Below, in pieces: positions 44,700 to 61,350 of a stretch of 64,000 nt of DNA. Made by a program: the position numbers and the translations under genes. How positions within the stretch are numbered: position 1 is the first letter of the stretch; every line of letters begins with the position of its first letter. Source of the DNA: Eledone cirrhosa. Taxonomy: Eukaryota. The notes beneath the pieces were generated by a model. The model ran no database searches. It was not told the origin of the DNA and saw only the letters and a program-made list of their open reading frames with translations. Location of the stretch: the NCBI GenBank assembly GCA_964016885.1, contig OZ024745.1, forward strand, positions 4,960,001 through 5,024,000, in the 5' to 3' direction.

Positions 44700-47600
44700 A
44701 CTCCATAATAGGTCCCTTTATATAGTGTAGGACTATACCACACACTCCATCATAGGTACCTTCATCTAGTCTAGGACTATACCACACACTCCATAATAGG
44801 TACCTTCATCTAGTCTGGGACTATACCACACACTCCATCATAGGTACCTTCATCTAGTCTAGGACTATACCACACACTCCATCATAGGTACCTTCATCTA
44901 GTGTAGGACTATACCACACACTCCATCATAGGTACCTTCATCTAGTGTAGGACTATACCACACACTCCATAATAGGTACCTTCATCTAGTGTAGGACTAT
45001 ACCACACACTCCATCATAGGTACCTTCATCTAGTGTAGGACTATACCACACACTCCATAATAGGTACCTTCATCTAGTGTAGGACTATACCACACACTCC
45101 ATAATAGGTACCTTTATATAGTGTAGGACTATACCACACACTCCATCATAGGTACCTTCATCTAGTCTAGGACTATACCACACACTCCATAATAGGTACC
45201 TTCATCTAGTCTAGGACTATACCACACACTCCATCATAGGTACCTTCATCTAGTCTGGGACTATACCACACACTCCATCATAGGTACCTTCATCTTGTGT
45301 AGGACTATACCCCACACTCCATCATAGGTACCTTCATCTAGTGTAGGACTATACCACACACTCCATCATAGGTACCTTCATCTAGTGTAGGAGTATACCA
45401 CACACTCCATCATAGGTACCTTCATCTAGTCTGGGACTATACCACACACTCCATCATAGGTACCTTCATCTAGTGTAGGACTATACCACGCACTCCATCA
45501 TAGGTACCTTCATCTAGTGAAGGACTATACCACACACTACATCATAGGTACCTTCATCTAGTCTGGGACTATACCACACACTCCATCATAGGTACCTTCA
45601 TCTAGTGTAGGACTATACCCCACACTCCATCATAGGTACCTTCATCTAGTGTAGAACTATACCACACACTACATCATAGGTACCTTCATCTAGTGTAGGA
45701 CTATACCACACACTCCATCATAGGTACCTTCATCTAGTCTGGGACTATACCACACACTCCATCATAGGTACCTTCATCTAGTGTAGGACTATACCACACA
45801 CTCCATCATGGGTAACTTTATATAGTGTAGGACTATACCACACACTCCATCATAGGTACCTTCATCTAGTGTAGGACTGTACCGCACACTCCATCATAGG
45901 TACCTTCATCTAGTGTAGGACTATACCACACACTCCATCATAGCTAACTTTATTTAGTGTAGGACTATACCACACACTCCATCATAGGTACCTTTATATA
46001 GTGTTGGACTCTACCAGACACTCCATTATAGGTACCTTCATCTAGTCTAGGACTATACCACACACTCCATCATAGGTACCTTCATCTAGTCTGGGACTAT
46101 ACCACACACTACATCATAGGTACCTTTATATAGTGTAGTACTATACCAGACACTCCATCATAGGTACCTTCATCTAGTGTAGCACTATACCACACACTCC
46201 ATCATAGGTACCTTCATCTAGTGTAGGACTATACCACACACTCCATCATAGGTACCTTCATCTAGTGTAGGACTATACCACACACTACATCATAGGTACC
46301 TTTATATAGTGTAGTACTATACCAGACACTCCATCATAGGTACCTTCATCTAGTCTAGGACTATACCACACACTCCATCATAGGTACCTTCATCTAGTCT
46401 GGGACTATACCACACACTCCATCATAGGTACCTCCATCTAGTGTAGGACTATAGCCCACACTCCATCATAGGTACCTTCATCTAGTCTAGGACTATACCA
46501 CACACTCCATAATAGGTACCTTTATATAGTGTAGGACTATACCACACACCCCATAATAGGTACCTTCATCTAGTGTATGACTATACCACACACTCCATCA
46601 TAGGTACCTTCATCTAGTCTAGGACTATACCACACACTCCATAATAGGTACCTTTATGTAGTGTAGGACTATACCACACACTCCATAATAGGTACCTTTA
46701 TATAGTGTAGGACTATACCACACACCCCATAATAGGTACCTTCATCTAGTGTATGACTATACCACACACTCCATCATAGGTACCTTCATCTAGTCTAGGA
46801 CTATACCACACACTCCATAATAGGTACCTTTATATAGTGTAGGACTATACCACACACCCCATAATAGGTACCTTCATCTAGTGTAGGACTATACCACACA
46901 CTCTATCATAGGTACCTTTATATAGTGTATGACTATACCACTCACTCCATCATAGGTACCTTCATCTAGTGTAGGACTATACCACACACTACATCATAGG
47001 TACCTTTATATAGTGTAGGACTATACCACACACTCCATCATAGGTACCTTCATCTAGTCTAGGACTATACCACACACTCCATCATAGGTACCTTCCTCTA
47101 GTCTGGGACTATACCACACACTCCATCATAGGTACCTTCATATAGTCGGGGACTATACCACACACTCCATCATAGGTACCTTCATCTAGTGTAGGACTAT
47201 ACCACACACTCCATCATAGGTACCTTCATCTAGTCTGGGACTATACCACACACTCCATCATAGGTACCTTCATCTAGTCTAGGACTATACCACACACTCC
47301 ATCATAGGTACCTTCATCTAGTCTAGGACTATACCACACACTCCATAATAGGTACCTTTATACAGTGTAGGACTATACCACACACTCCATCATAGGTACC
47401 TTCATCTAGTGTGGGACTATACCACACACTCCATAATAAGTACCTTTATATAGTGTAGGACTATACCACACACTCCATCATAGGTACCTTCATCTAGTCT
47501 GGGACTATACCACACACTCCATATTAGGTACCTTTATATAGCGTAGGACTATACCACACACTCCATCATAGGTACCTTAATCTATTGTAGGACTATACCA

Positions 47601-50600
47601 CACACTCCATAATAGGTACCTTCATCTAGTGTAGGACCATACCACACACTCCATCATAGGTACCTTTATATAGTGTAGGACTATACCACACACTCCATCA
47701 TGGGTACCTTTATATAGTGTAGGACTATACCACACACTCCATAATAGGTACCTTCATCTAGTGTAGGACTATACCACACACTCCATAATAGGTACCTTCA
47801 TCTAGTGTAGGACTATACCACACACTCCATCATAGGTACCTTCATCTAGTCTGGGACTATACCACACACTCCATCATAGGTACCTTTATATAGTGTAGGA
47901 CTATACCACACACTCCATCATAGGTACCTTCATCTAGTCTAGGACTATACCACACACTCCATAATAGGTACCTTTATATAGTGTAGGACTATACCACACA
48001 CTCCATAATAGGTACCTTCATCTAGTGTAGGACTATACCACACACTCCATCATAGGTACCTTCATCTAGTGTAGGACTATACCACACACTCCATCATAGG
48101 TACCTTCATCTAGTGTAGGACTATACCACACACTCCATAATAGGTACCTTCATCTAGTGTAGGACTATACCACACACTCCATCATAAGTACCTTCATCTA
48201 GTGTAGGACTATACCACACACTCCATAATAGGTACCTTCATCTAGTGTAGGACTATACCACACACTCCATAATAGGTCCCTTTATATAGTGTAGGACTAT
48301 ACCACACACTCCATCATAGGTACCTTCATCTAGTCTAGGACTATACCACACACTCCATCATAGGTACCTTCATCTAGTGTAGGACTATACCACACACTCC
48401 ATCATAGGTACCTTCATCTAGTGTAGGACTATACCACACACTCCATAATAGGTACCTTCATCTAGTGTAGGACTATACCACACACTCCATCATAGGTACC
48501 TTCATCTAGTCTAGGACTATACCACACGCTCCATCATAGGTACCTTCATCTAGTGTAGGACTATACCACACACTCCATAATAGGTACCTTCATCTAGTGT
48601 AGGACTATACCACACACTCCATCATAGGTACCTTCATCTAGTGTAGGACTATACCACACACTCCATAATAGGTACCTTCATCTAGTGTAGGACTATACCA
48701 CACACTCCATAATAGGTACCTTTATATAGTGTAGGACTATACCACACACTCCATCATAGGTACCTTCATCTAGTCTAGGACTATACCACACACTCCATAA
48801 TAGGTACCTTCATCTAGTGTAGGACTATACCACACACTCCATCATAGGTACCTTCATCTAATCTAGGACTATACCACACACTCCATCATAGGTACCTTTA
48901 TATAGTGTAGGACTATACCACACACTCCATCATAGGTACCTTCATCTAGTCTAGGACTATACCACACACTACATCATAGGTACCTTCATCTAGTGTAGGA
49001 CTATACCACACACTACATCATAGGAAACCTTTATATAGTGTAGGACTATACCACACACTCCATCATAGGTACCTTCATCTAGTCTAGGACTATACCACAC
49101 ACTCCATCATAGGTACCTTCATCTAGTCTGGGACTATACCACACACTCCATCATAGGTACCTTCATCTAGTCGGGGACTATACCACACACTCCATCATAG
49201 GTACCTTCATCTAGTGTAGGACTATACCACACACTCCATCATAGGTACCTTCATCTAGTCTGGGACTATACCACACACTCCATCATAGGTACCTTCATCT
49301 AGTCTAGGACTATACCACACACTCCATCATAGGTACCTTCATCTAGTCTGGGACGACTATACCACACACTCCATCATAGGTACCTTCATCTAGTCTAGGA
49401 CTATACCACACACTCCATAATAGGTACCTTTATACAGTGTAGGACTATACCACACACTCCATCATAGGTACCTTCATCTAGTGTCGGACTATACCACACA
49501 CTCCATAATAGGTACCTTTATATAGTGTAGGACTATACCACACACTCCATCATAGGTACCTTCATCTAGTCTGGGACTATACCACACACTGCATAATAGG
49601 TACCTTTATATATCGTAGGACTATACCACACACTCCATCATAGGTACCTTAATCTAGTGTAGGACTATACCACACACTCCATAATAGGTACCTTCATCTA
49701 GTGTAGGACTATACCACACACTCCATCATAGGTACCTTTATATAGTGTAGGACTATACCACACACTCCATCATAGGTACCTTCATCTAGTCTAGGACTAT
49801 ACCACACACTCCATAATAGGTACCTTTATATAGTGTAGGACTATACCACACACTCCATAATAGGTACCTTCATCTAGTGTAGGACTATACCACACACTCC
49901 ATCATAGGTACCTTCATCTAGTGTAGGACTATACCACACACTCCATCATAGGTACCTTCATCTAGTGTAGGACTATACCACACACTCCATAATAGGTACC
50001 TTCATCTAGTGTAGGACTATACCACACACTCCATCATAAGTACGTTCATCTAGTGTAGGACTATACCACACACTCCATAATAGGTACCTTCATCTAGTGT
50101 AGGACTATACCACACACTCCATAATAGGTCCCTTTATATAGTGTAGGACTATACCACACACTCCATCATAGGTACCTTCATCTAGTCTAGGACTATACCA
50201 CACACTCCATCATAGGTACCTTCATCTAGTGTAGGACTATACCACACACTACATCATAGGTACCTTCATCTAGTGTAGGACTATACCACACACTCCATAA
50301 TAGGTACCTTCATCTAGTGTAGGACTATACCACACACTCCATAATAGGTCCCTTTATATAGTGTAGGACTATACCACACACTCCATCATAGGTACCTTCA
50401 TCTAGTCTAGGACTATACCACACACTCCATAATAGGTACCTTCATCTAGTCTGGGACTATACCACACACTCCATCATAGGTACCTTCATCTAGTCTAGGA
50501 CTATACCACACACTCCATCATAGGTACCTTCATCTAGTGTAGGACTATACCACACACTCCATCATAGGTACCTTCATCTAGTGTAGGACTATACCACACA

Positions 50601-53600
50601 CTCCATAATAGGTACCTTCATCTAGTGTAGGACTATACCACACACTCCATCATAGGTACCTTCATCTAGTGTAGGACTATACCACACACTCCATAATAGG
50701 TACCTTCATCTAGTGTAGGACTATACCACACACTCCATAATAGGTACCTTTATATAGTGTAGGACTATACCACACACTCCATCATAGGTACCTTCATCTA
50801 GTCTAGGACTATACCACACACTCCATAATAGGTACCTTCATCTAGTCTAGGACTATACCACACACTCCATCATAGGTACCTTCATCTAGTCTGGGACTAT
50901 ACCACACACTCCATCATAGGTACCTTCATCTTGTGTAGGACTATACCCCACACTCCATCATAGGTACCTTCATCTAGTGTAGGACTATACCACACACTCC
51001 ATCATAGGTACCTTCATCTAGTGTAGGAGTATACCACACACTCCATCATAGGTACCTTCATCTAGTCTGGGACTATACCACACACTCCATCATAGGTACC
51101 TTCATCTAGTGTAGGACTATACCACGCACTCCATCATAGGTACCTTCATCTAGTGAAGGACTATACCACACACTACATCATAGGTACCTTCATCTAGTCT
51201 GGGACTATACCACACACTCCATCATAGGTACCTTCATCTAGTGTAGGACTATACCCCACACTCCATCATAGGTACCTTCATCTAGTGTAGAACTATACCA
51301 CACACTACATCATAGGTACCTTCATCTAGTGTAGGACTATACCACACACTCCATCATAGGTACCTTCATCTAGTCTGGGACTATACCACACACTCCATCA
51401 TAGGTACCTTCATCTAGTGTAGGACTATACCACACACTCCATCATGGGTAACTTTATATAGTGTAGGACTATACCACACACTCCATCATAGGTACCTTCA
51501 TCTAGTGTAGGACTGTACCGCACACTCCATCATAGGTACCTTCATCTAGTGTAGGACTATACCACACACTCCATCATAGCTAACTTTATTTAGTGTAGGA
51601 CTATACCACACACTCCATCATAGGTACCTTTATATAGTGTTGGACTCTACCAGACACTCCATTATAGGTACCTTCATCTAGTCTAGGACTATACCACACA
51701 CTCCATCATAGGTACCTTCATCTAGTCTGGGACTATACCACACACTACATCATAGGTACCTTTATATAGTGTAGTACTATACCAGACACTCCATCATAGG
51801 TACCTTCATCTAGTGTAGCACTATACCACACACTCCATCATAGGTACCTTCATCTAGTGTAGGACTATACCACACACTCCATCATAGGTACCTTCATCTA
51901 GTGTAGGACTATACCACACACTACATCATAGGTACCTTTATATAGTGTAGTACTATACCAGACACTCCATCATAGGTACCTTCATCTAGTCTAGGACTAT
52001 ACCACACACTCCATCATAGGTACCTTCATCTAGTCTGGGACTATACCACACACTCCATCATAGGTACCTCCATCTAGTGTAGGACTATAGCCCACACTCC
52101 ATCATAGGTACCTTCATCTAGTCTAGGACTATACCACACACTCCATAATAGGTACCTTTATATAGTGTAGGACTATACCACACACCCCATAATAGGTACC
52201 TTCATCTAGTGTATGACTATACCACACACTCCATCATAGGTACCTTCATCTAGTCTAGGACTATACCACACACTCCATAATAGGTACCTTTATGTAGTGT
52301 AGGACTATACCACACACTCCATAATAGGTACCTTTATATAGTGTAGGACTATACCACACACCCCATAATAGGTACCTTCATCTAGTGTATGACTATACCA
52401 CACACTCCATCATAGGTACCTTCATCTAGTCTAGGACTATACCACACACTCCATAATAGGTACCTTTATATAGTGTAGGACTATACCACACACCCCATAA
52501 TAGGTACCTTCATCTAGTGTAGGACTATACCACACACTCTATCATAGGTACCTTTATATAGTGTACGACTATACCACTCACTCCATCATAGGTACCTTCA
52601 TCTAGTGTAGGACTATACCACACACTACATCATAGGTACCTTTATATAGTGTAGGACTATACCACACACTCCATCATAGGTACCTTCATCTAGTCTAGGA
52701 CTATACCACACACTCCATCATAGGTACCTTCCTCTAGTCTGGGACTATACCAAACACTCCATCATAGGTACCTTCATATAGTCGGGGACTATACCACACA
52801 CTCCGTCATAGGTACCTTCATCTAGTGTAGGACTATACCACACACTCCATCATAGGTACCTTCATCTAGTCTGGGACTATACCACACACTCCATCATAGG
52901 TACCTTCATCTAGTCTAGGACTATACCACACACTCCATCATAGGTACCTTCATCTAGTCTAGGACTATACCACACACTCCATAATAGGTACCTTTATACA
53001 GTGTAGGACTATACCACACACTCCATCATAGGTACCTTCATCTAGTGTGGGACTATACCACACACTCCATAATAAGTACCTTTATATAGTGTAGGACTAT
53101 ACCACACACTCCATCATAGGTACCTTCATCTAGTCTGGGACTATACCACACACTCCATATTAGGTACCTTTATATAGCGTAGGACTATACCACACACTCC
53201 ATCATAGGTACCTTAATCTATTGTAGGACTATACCACACACTCCATAATAGGTACCTTCATCTAGTGTAGGACCATACCACACACTCCATCATAGGTACC
53301 TTTATATAGTGTAGGACTATACCACACACTCCATCATGGGTACCTTTATATAGTGTAGGACTATACCACACACTCCATAATAGGTACCTTCATCTAGTGT
53401 AGGACTATACCACACACTCCATAATAGGTACCTTCATCTAGTGTAGGACTATACCACACACTCCATCATAGGTACCTTCATCTAGTCTGGGACTATACCA
53501 CACACTCCATCATAGGTACCTTTATATAGTGTAGGACTATACCACACACTCCATCATAGGTACCTTCATCTAGTCTAGGACTATACCACACACTCCATAA

Positions 53601-56600
53601 TAGGTACCTTTATATAGTGTAGGACTATACCACACACTCCATAATAGGTACCTTCATCTAGTGTAGGACTATACCACACACTCCATCATAGGTACCTTCA
53701 TCTAGTGTAGGACTATACCACACACTCCATCATAGGTACCTTCATCTAGTGTAGGACTATACCACACACTCCATAATAGGTACCTTCATCTAGTGTAGGA
53801 CTATACCACACACTCCATCATAAGTACCTTCATCTAGTGTAGGACTATACCACACACTCCATAATAGGTACCTTCATCTAGTGTAGGACTATACCACACA
53901 CTCCATAATAGGTCCCTTTATATAGTGTAGGACTATACCACACACTCCATCATAGGTACCTTCATCTAGTCTAGGACTATACCACACACTCCATCATAGG
54001 TACCTTCATCTAGTGTAGGACTATACGACACACTCCATCATAGGTACCTTCATCTAGTGTAGGACTATACCACACACTCCATAATAGGTACCTTCATCTA
54101 GTGTAGGACTATACCACACACTCCATCATAGGTACCTTCATCTAGTCTAGGACTATACCACACGCTCCATCATAGGTACCTTCATCTAGTGTAGGACTAT
54201 ACCACACACTCCATAATAGGTACCTTCATCTAGTGTAGGACTATACCACACACTCCATCATAGGTACCTTCATCTAGTGTAGGACTATACCACACACTCC
54301 ATAATAGGTACCTTCATCTAGTGTAGGACTATACCACACACTCCATAATAGGTACCTTTATATAGTGTAGGACTATACCACACACTCCATCATAGGTACC
54401 TTCATCTAGTCTAGGACTATACCACACACTCCATAATAGGTACCTTCATCTAGTGTAGGACTATACCACACACTCCATCATAGGTACCTTCATCTAATCT
54501 AGGACTATACCACACACTCCATCATAGGTACCTTCATCTAGTGTAGGACTATACCACACACTCCATCATAGGTACCTTCATCTAGTCTAGGACTATACCA
54601 CACACTACATCATAGGTACCTTCATCTAGTGTAGGACTATACCACACACTACATCATAGGAAACCTTTATATAGTGTAGGACTATACCACACACTCCATC
54701 ATAGGTACCTTCATCTAGTCTAGGACTATACCACACACTCCATCATAGGTACCTTCATCTAGTCTGGGACTATACCACACACTCCATCATAGGTACCTTC
54801 ATCTAGTCGGGGACTATACCACACACTCCATCATAGGTACCTTCATCTAGTGTAGGACTATACCACACACTCCATCATAGGTACCTTCATCTAGTCTGGG
54901 ACTATACCACACACTCCATCATAGGTACCTTCATCTAGTCTAGGACTATACCACACACTCCATCATAGGTACCTTCATCTAGTCTGGGACGACTATACCA
55001 CACACTCCATCATAGGTACCTTCATCTAGTCTAGGACTATACCACACACTCCATAATAGGTACCTTTATACAGTGTAGGACTATACCACACACTCCATCA
55101 TAGGTACCTTCATCTAGTGTCGGACTATACCACACACTCCATAATAGGTACCTTTATATAGTGTAGGACTATACCACACACTCCATCATAGGTACCTTCA
55201 TCTAGTCTGGGACTATACCACACACTGCATAATAGGTACCTTTATATATCGTAGGACTATACCACACACTCCATCATAGGTACCTTAATCTAGTGTAGGA
55301 CTATACCACACACTCCATAATAGGTACCTTCATCTAGTGTAGGACTATACCACACACTCCATCATAGGTACCTTTATATAGTGTAGGACTATACCACACA
55401 CTCCATCATAGGTACCTTCATCTAGTCTAGGACTATACCACACACTCCATAATAGGTACCTTTATATAGTGTAGGACTATACCACACACTCCATAATAGG
55501 TACCTTCATCTAGTGTAGGACTATACCACACACTCCATCATAGGTACCTTCATCTAGTGTAGGACTATACCACACACTCCATCATAGGTACCTTCATCTA
55601 GTGTAGGACTATACCACACACTCCATAATAGGTACCTTCATCTAGTGTAGGACTATACCACACACTCCATCATAAGTACGTTCATCTAGTGTAGGACTAT
55701 ACCACACACTCCATAATAGGTACCTTCATCTAGTGTAGGACTATACCACACACTCCATAATAGGTCCCTTTATATAGTGTAGGACTATACCACACACTCC
55801 ATCATAGGTACCTTCATCTAGTCTAGGACTATACCACACACTCCATCATAGGTACCTTCATCTAGTGTAGGACTATACCACACACTACATCATAGGTACC
55901 TTCATCTAGTGTAGGACTATACCACACACTCCATAATAGGTACCTTCATCTAGTGTAGGACTATACCACACACTCCATCATAAGTACATTCATCTAGTGT
56001 AGGACTATACCACACACTCCATAATAGGTACCTTCATCTAGTGTAGGACTATACCACACACTCCATAATAGGTCCCTTTATATAGTGTAGGACTATACCA
56101 CACACTCCATCATAGGTACCTTCATCTAGTCTAGGACTATACCACACACTCCATAATAGGTACCTTCATCTAGTCTGGGACTATACCACACACTCCATCA
56201 TAGGTACCTTCATCTAGTCTAGGACTATACCACACACTCCATCATAGGTACCTTCATCTAGTGTAGGACTATACCACACACTCCATCATAGGTACCTTCA
56301 TCTAGTGTAGGACTATACCACACACTCCATAATAGGTACCTTCATCTAGTGTAGGACTATACCACACACTCCATCATAGGTACCTTCATCTAGTGTAGGA
56401 CTATACCACACACTCCATAATAGGTACCTTCATCTAGTGTAGGACTATACCACACACTCCATAATAGGTACCTTTATATAGTGTAGGACTATACCACACA
56501 CTCCATCATAGGTACCTTCATCTAGTCTAGGACTATACCACACACTCCATAATAGGTACCTTCATCTAGTCTAGGACTATACCACACACTCCATCATAGG

Positions 56601-59600
56601 TACCTTCATCTAGTCTGGGACTATACCACACACTCCATCATAGGTACCTTCATCTTGTGTAGGACTATACCCCACACTCCATCATAGGTACCTTCATCTA
56701 GTGTAGGACTATACCACACACTCCATCATAGGTACCTTCATCTAGTGTAGGAGTATACCACACACTCCATCATAGGTACCTTCATCTAGTCTGGGACTAT
56801 ACCACACACTCCATCATAGGTACCTTCATCTAGTGTAGGACTATACCACGCACTCCATCATAGGTACCTTCATCTAGTGAAGGACTATACCACACACTAC
56901 ATCATAGGTACCTTCATCTAGTCTGGGACTATACCACACACTCCATCATAGGTACCTTCATCTAGTGTAGGACTATACCCCACACTCCATCATAGGTACC
57001 TTCATCTAGTGTAGAACTATACCACACACTACATCATAGGTACCTTCATCTAGTGTAGGACTATACCACACACTCCATCATAGGTACCTTCATCTAGTCT
57101 GGGACTATACCACACACTCCATCATAGGTACCTTCATCTAGTGTAGGACTATACCACACACTCCATCATGGGTAACTTTATATAGTGTAGGACTATACCA
57201 CACACTCCATCATAGGTACCTTCATCTAGTGTAGGACTGTACCGCACACTCCATCATAGGTACCTTCATCTAGTGTAGGACTATACCACACACTCCATCA
57301 TAGCTAACTTTATTTAGTGTAGGACTATACCACACACTCCATCATAGGTACCTTTATATAGTGTTGGACTCTACCAGACACTCCATTATAGGTACCTTCA
57401 TCTAGTCTAGGACTATACCACACACTCCATCATAGGTACCTTCATCTAGTCTGGGACTATACCACACACTACATCATAGGTACCTTTATATAGTGTAGTA
57501 CTATACCAGACACTCCATCATAGGTACCTTCATCTAGTGTAGCACTATACCACACACTCCATCATAGGTACCTTCATCTAGTGTAGGACTATACCACACA
57601 CTCCATCATAGGTACCTTCATCTAGTGTAGGACTATACCACACACTACATCATAGGTACCTTTATATAGTGTAGTACTATACCAGACACTCCATCATAGG
57701 TACCTTCATCTAGTCTAGGACTATACCACACACTCCATCATAGGTACCTTCATCTAGTCTGGGACTATACCACACACTCCATCATAGGTACCTCCATCTA
57801 GTGTAGGACTATAGCCCACACTCCATCATAGGTACCTTCATCTAGTCTAGGACTATACCACACACTCCATAATAGGTACCTTTATATAGTGTAGGACTAT
57901 ACCACACACCCCATAATAGGTACCTTCATCTAGTGTATGACTATACCACACACTCCATCATAGGTACCTTCATCTAGTCTAGGACTATACCACACACTCC
58001 ATAATAGGTACCTTTATGTAGTGTAGGACTATACCACACACTCCATAATAGGTACCTTTATATAGTGTAGGACTATACCACACACCCCATAATAGGTACC
58101 TTCATCTAGTGTATGACTATACCACACACTCCATCATAGGTACCTTCATCTAGTCTAGGACTATACCACACACTCCATAATAGGTACCTTTATATAGTGT
58201 AGGACTATACCACACACCCCATAATAGGTACCTTCATCTAGTGTAGGACTATACCACACACTCTATCATAGGTACCTTTATATAGTGTACGACTATACCA
58301 CTCACTCCATCATAGGTACCTTCATCTAGTGTAGGACTATACCACACACTACATCATAGGTACCTTTATATAGTGTAGGACTATACCACACACTCCATCA
58401 TAGGTACCTTCATCTAGTCTAGGACTATACCACACACTCCATCATAGGTACCTTCCTCTAGTCTGGGACTATACCACACACTCCATCATAGGTACCTTCA
58501 TATAGTCGGGGACTATACCACACACTCCATCATAGGTATCTTCATCTAGTGTAGGACTATACCACACACTCCATCATAGGTACCTTCATCTAGTCTGGGA
58601 CTATACCACACACTCCATCATAGGTACCTTCATCTAGTCTAGGACTATACCACACACTCCATCATAGGTACCTTCATCTAGTCTAGGACTATACCACACA
58701 CTCCATAATAGGTACCTTTATACAGTGTAGGACTATACCACACACTCCATCATAGGTACCTTCATCTAGTGTGGGACTATACCACACACTCCATAATAAG
58801 TACCTTTATATAGTGTAGGACTATACCACACACTCCATCATAGGTACCTTCATCTAGTCTGGGACTATACCACACACTCCATATTAGGTACCTTTATATA
58901 GCGTAGGACTATACCACACACTCCATCATAGGTACCTTAATCTATTGTAGGACTATACCACACACTCCATAATAGGTACCTTCATCTAGTGTAGGACCAT
59001 ACCACACACTCCATCATAGGTACCTTTATATAGTGTAGGACTATACCACACACTCCATCATGGGTACCTTTATATAGTGTAGGACTATACCACACACTCC
59101 ATAATAGGTACCTTCATCTAGTGTAGGACTATACCACACACTCCATAATAGGTACCTTCATCTAGTGTAGGACTATACCACACACTCCATCATAGGTACC
59201 TTCATCTAGTCTGGGACTATACCACACACTCCATCATAGGTACCTTTATATAGTGTAGGACTATACCACACACTCCATCATAGGTACCTTCATCTAGTCT
59301 AGGACTATACCACACACTCCATAATAGGTACCTTTATATAGTGTAGGACTATACCACACACTCCATAATAGGTACCTTCATCTAGTGTAGGACTATACCA
59401 CACACTCCATCATAGGTACCTTCATCTAGTGTAGGACTATACCACACACTCCATCATAGGTACCTTCATCTAGTGTAGGACTATACCACACACTCCATAA
59501 TAGGTACCTTCATCTAGTGTAGGACTATACCACACACTCCATCATAAGTACCTTCATCTAGTGTAGGACTATACCACACACTCCATAATAGGTACCTTCA

Positions 59601-61350
59601 TCTAGTGTAGGACTATACCACACACTCCATAATAGGTCCCTTTATATAGTGTAGGACTATACCACACACTCCATCATAGGTACCTTCATCTAGTCTAGGA
59701 CTATACCACACACTCCATCATAGGTACCTTCATCTAGTGTAGGACTATACCACACACTCCATCATAGGTACCTTCATCTAGTGTAGGACTATACCACACA
59801 CTCCATAATAGGTACCTTCATCTAGTGTAGGACTATACCACACACTCCATCATAGGTACCTTCATCTAGTGTAGGACTATACCACACACTCCATAATAGG
59901 TACCTTCATCTAGTGTAGGACTATACCACACACTCCATAATAGGTACCTTTATATAGTGTAGGACTATACCACACACTCCATCATAGGTACCTTCATCTA
60001 GTCTAGGACTATACCACACACTCCATAATAGGTACCTTCATCTAGTGTAGGACTATACCACACACTCCATCATAGGTACCTTCATCTAATCTAGGACTAT
60101 ACCACACACTCCATCATAGGTACCTTTATATAGTGTAGGACTATACCACACACTCCATCATAGGTACCTTCATCTAGTCTAGGACTATACCACACACTAC
60201 ATCATAGGTACCTTCATCTAGTGTAGGACTATACCACACACTACATCATAGGAAACCTTTATATAGTGTAGGACTATACCACACACTCCATCATAGGTAC
60301 CTTCATCTAGTCTAGGACTATACCACACACTCCATCATAGGTACCTTCATCTAGTCTGGGACTATACCACACACTCCATCATAGGTACCTTCATCTAGTC
60401 GGGGACTATACCACACACTCCATCATAGGTACCTTCATCTAGTGTAGGACTATACCACACACTCCATCATAGGTACCTTCATCTAGTCTGGGACTATACC
60501 ACACACTCCATCATAGGTACCTTCATCTAGTCTAGGACTATACCACACACTCCATCATAGGTACCTTCATCTAGTCTGGGACGACTATACCACACACTCC
60601 ATCATAGGTACCTTCATCTAGTCTAGGACTATACCACACACTCCATAATAGGTACCTTTATACAGTGTAGGACTATACCACACACTCCATCATAGGTACC
60701 TTCATCTAGTGTCGGACTATACCACACACTCCATAATAGGTACCTTTATATAGTGTAGGACTATACCACACACTCCATCATAGGTACCTTCATCTAGTCT
60801 GGGACTATACCACACACTGCATAATAGGTACCTTTATATATCGTAGGACTATACCACACACTCCATCATAGGTACCTTAATCTAGTGTAGGACTATACCA
60901 CACACTCCATAATAGGTACCTTCATCTAGTGTAGGACTATACCACACACTCCATCATAGGTACCTTTATATAGTGTAGGACTATACCACACACTCCATCA
61001 TAGGTACCTTCATCTAGTCTAGGACTATACCACACACTCCATAATAGGTACCTTTATATAGTGTAGGACTATACCACACACTCCATAATAGGTACCTTCA
61101 TCTAGTGTAGGACTATACCACACACTCCATCACAGGTACCTTCATCTAGTGTAGGACTATACCACACACTCCATCATAGGTACCTTCATCTAGTGTAGGA
61201 CTATACCACACACTCCATAATAGGTACCTTCATCTAGTGTAGGACTATACCACACACTCCATCATAAGTACGTTCATCTAGTGTAGGACTATACCACACA
61301 CTCCATAATAGGTACCTTCATCTAGTGTAGGACTATACCACACACTCCAT
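44700..61350. repeat. Higher-order repeat of ~120-130 monomers (5.3-5.7 kb), three tandem copies with partial related copies on both sides
   Basis: CTTGTGTAGG at 45294, 50930, 56654 and 61938 (spacings 5636, 5724, 5284 = 128, 130, 120 monomers +4 bp). GGAAACC insertion at 49023, 54659 and 60251. Confidence 0.9.
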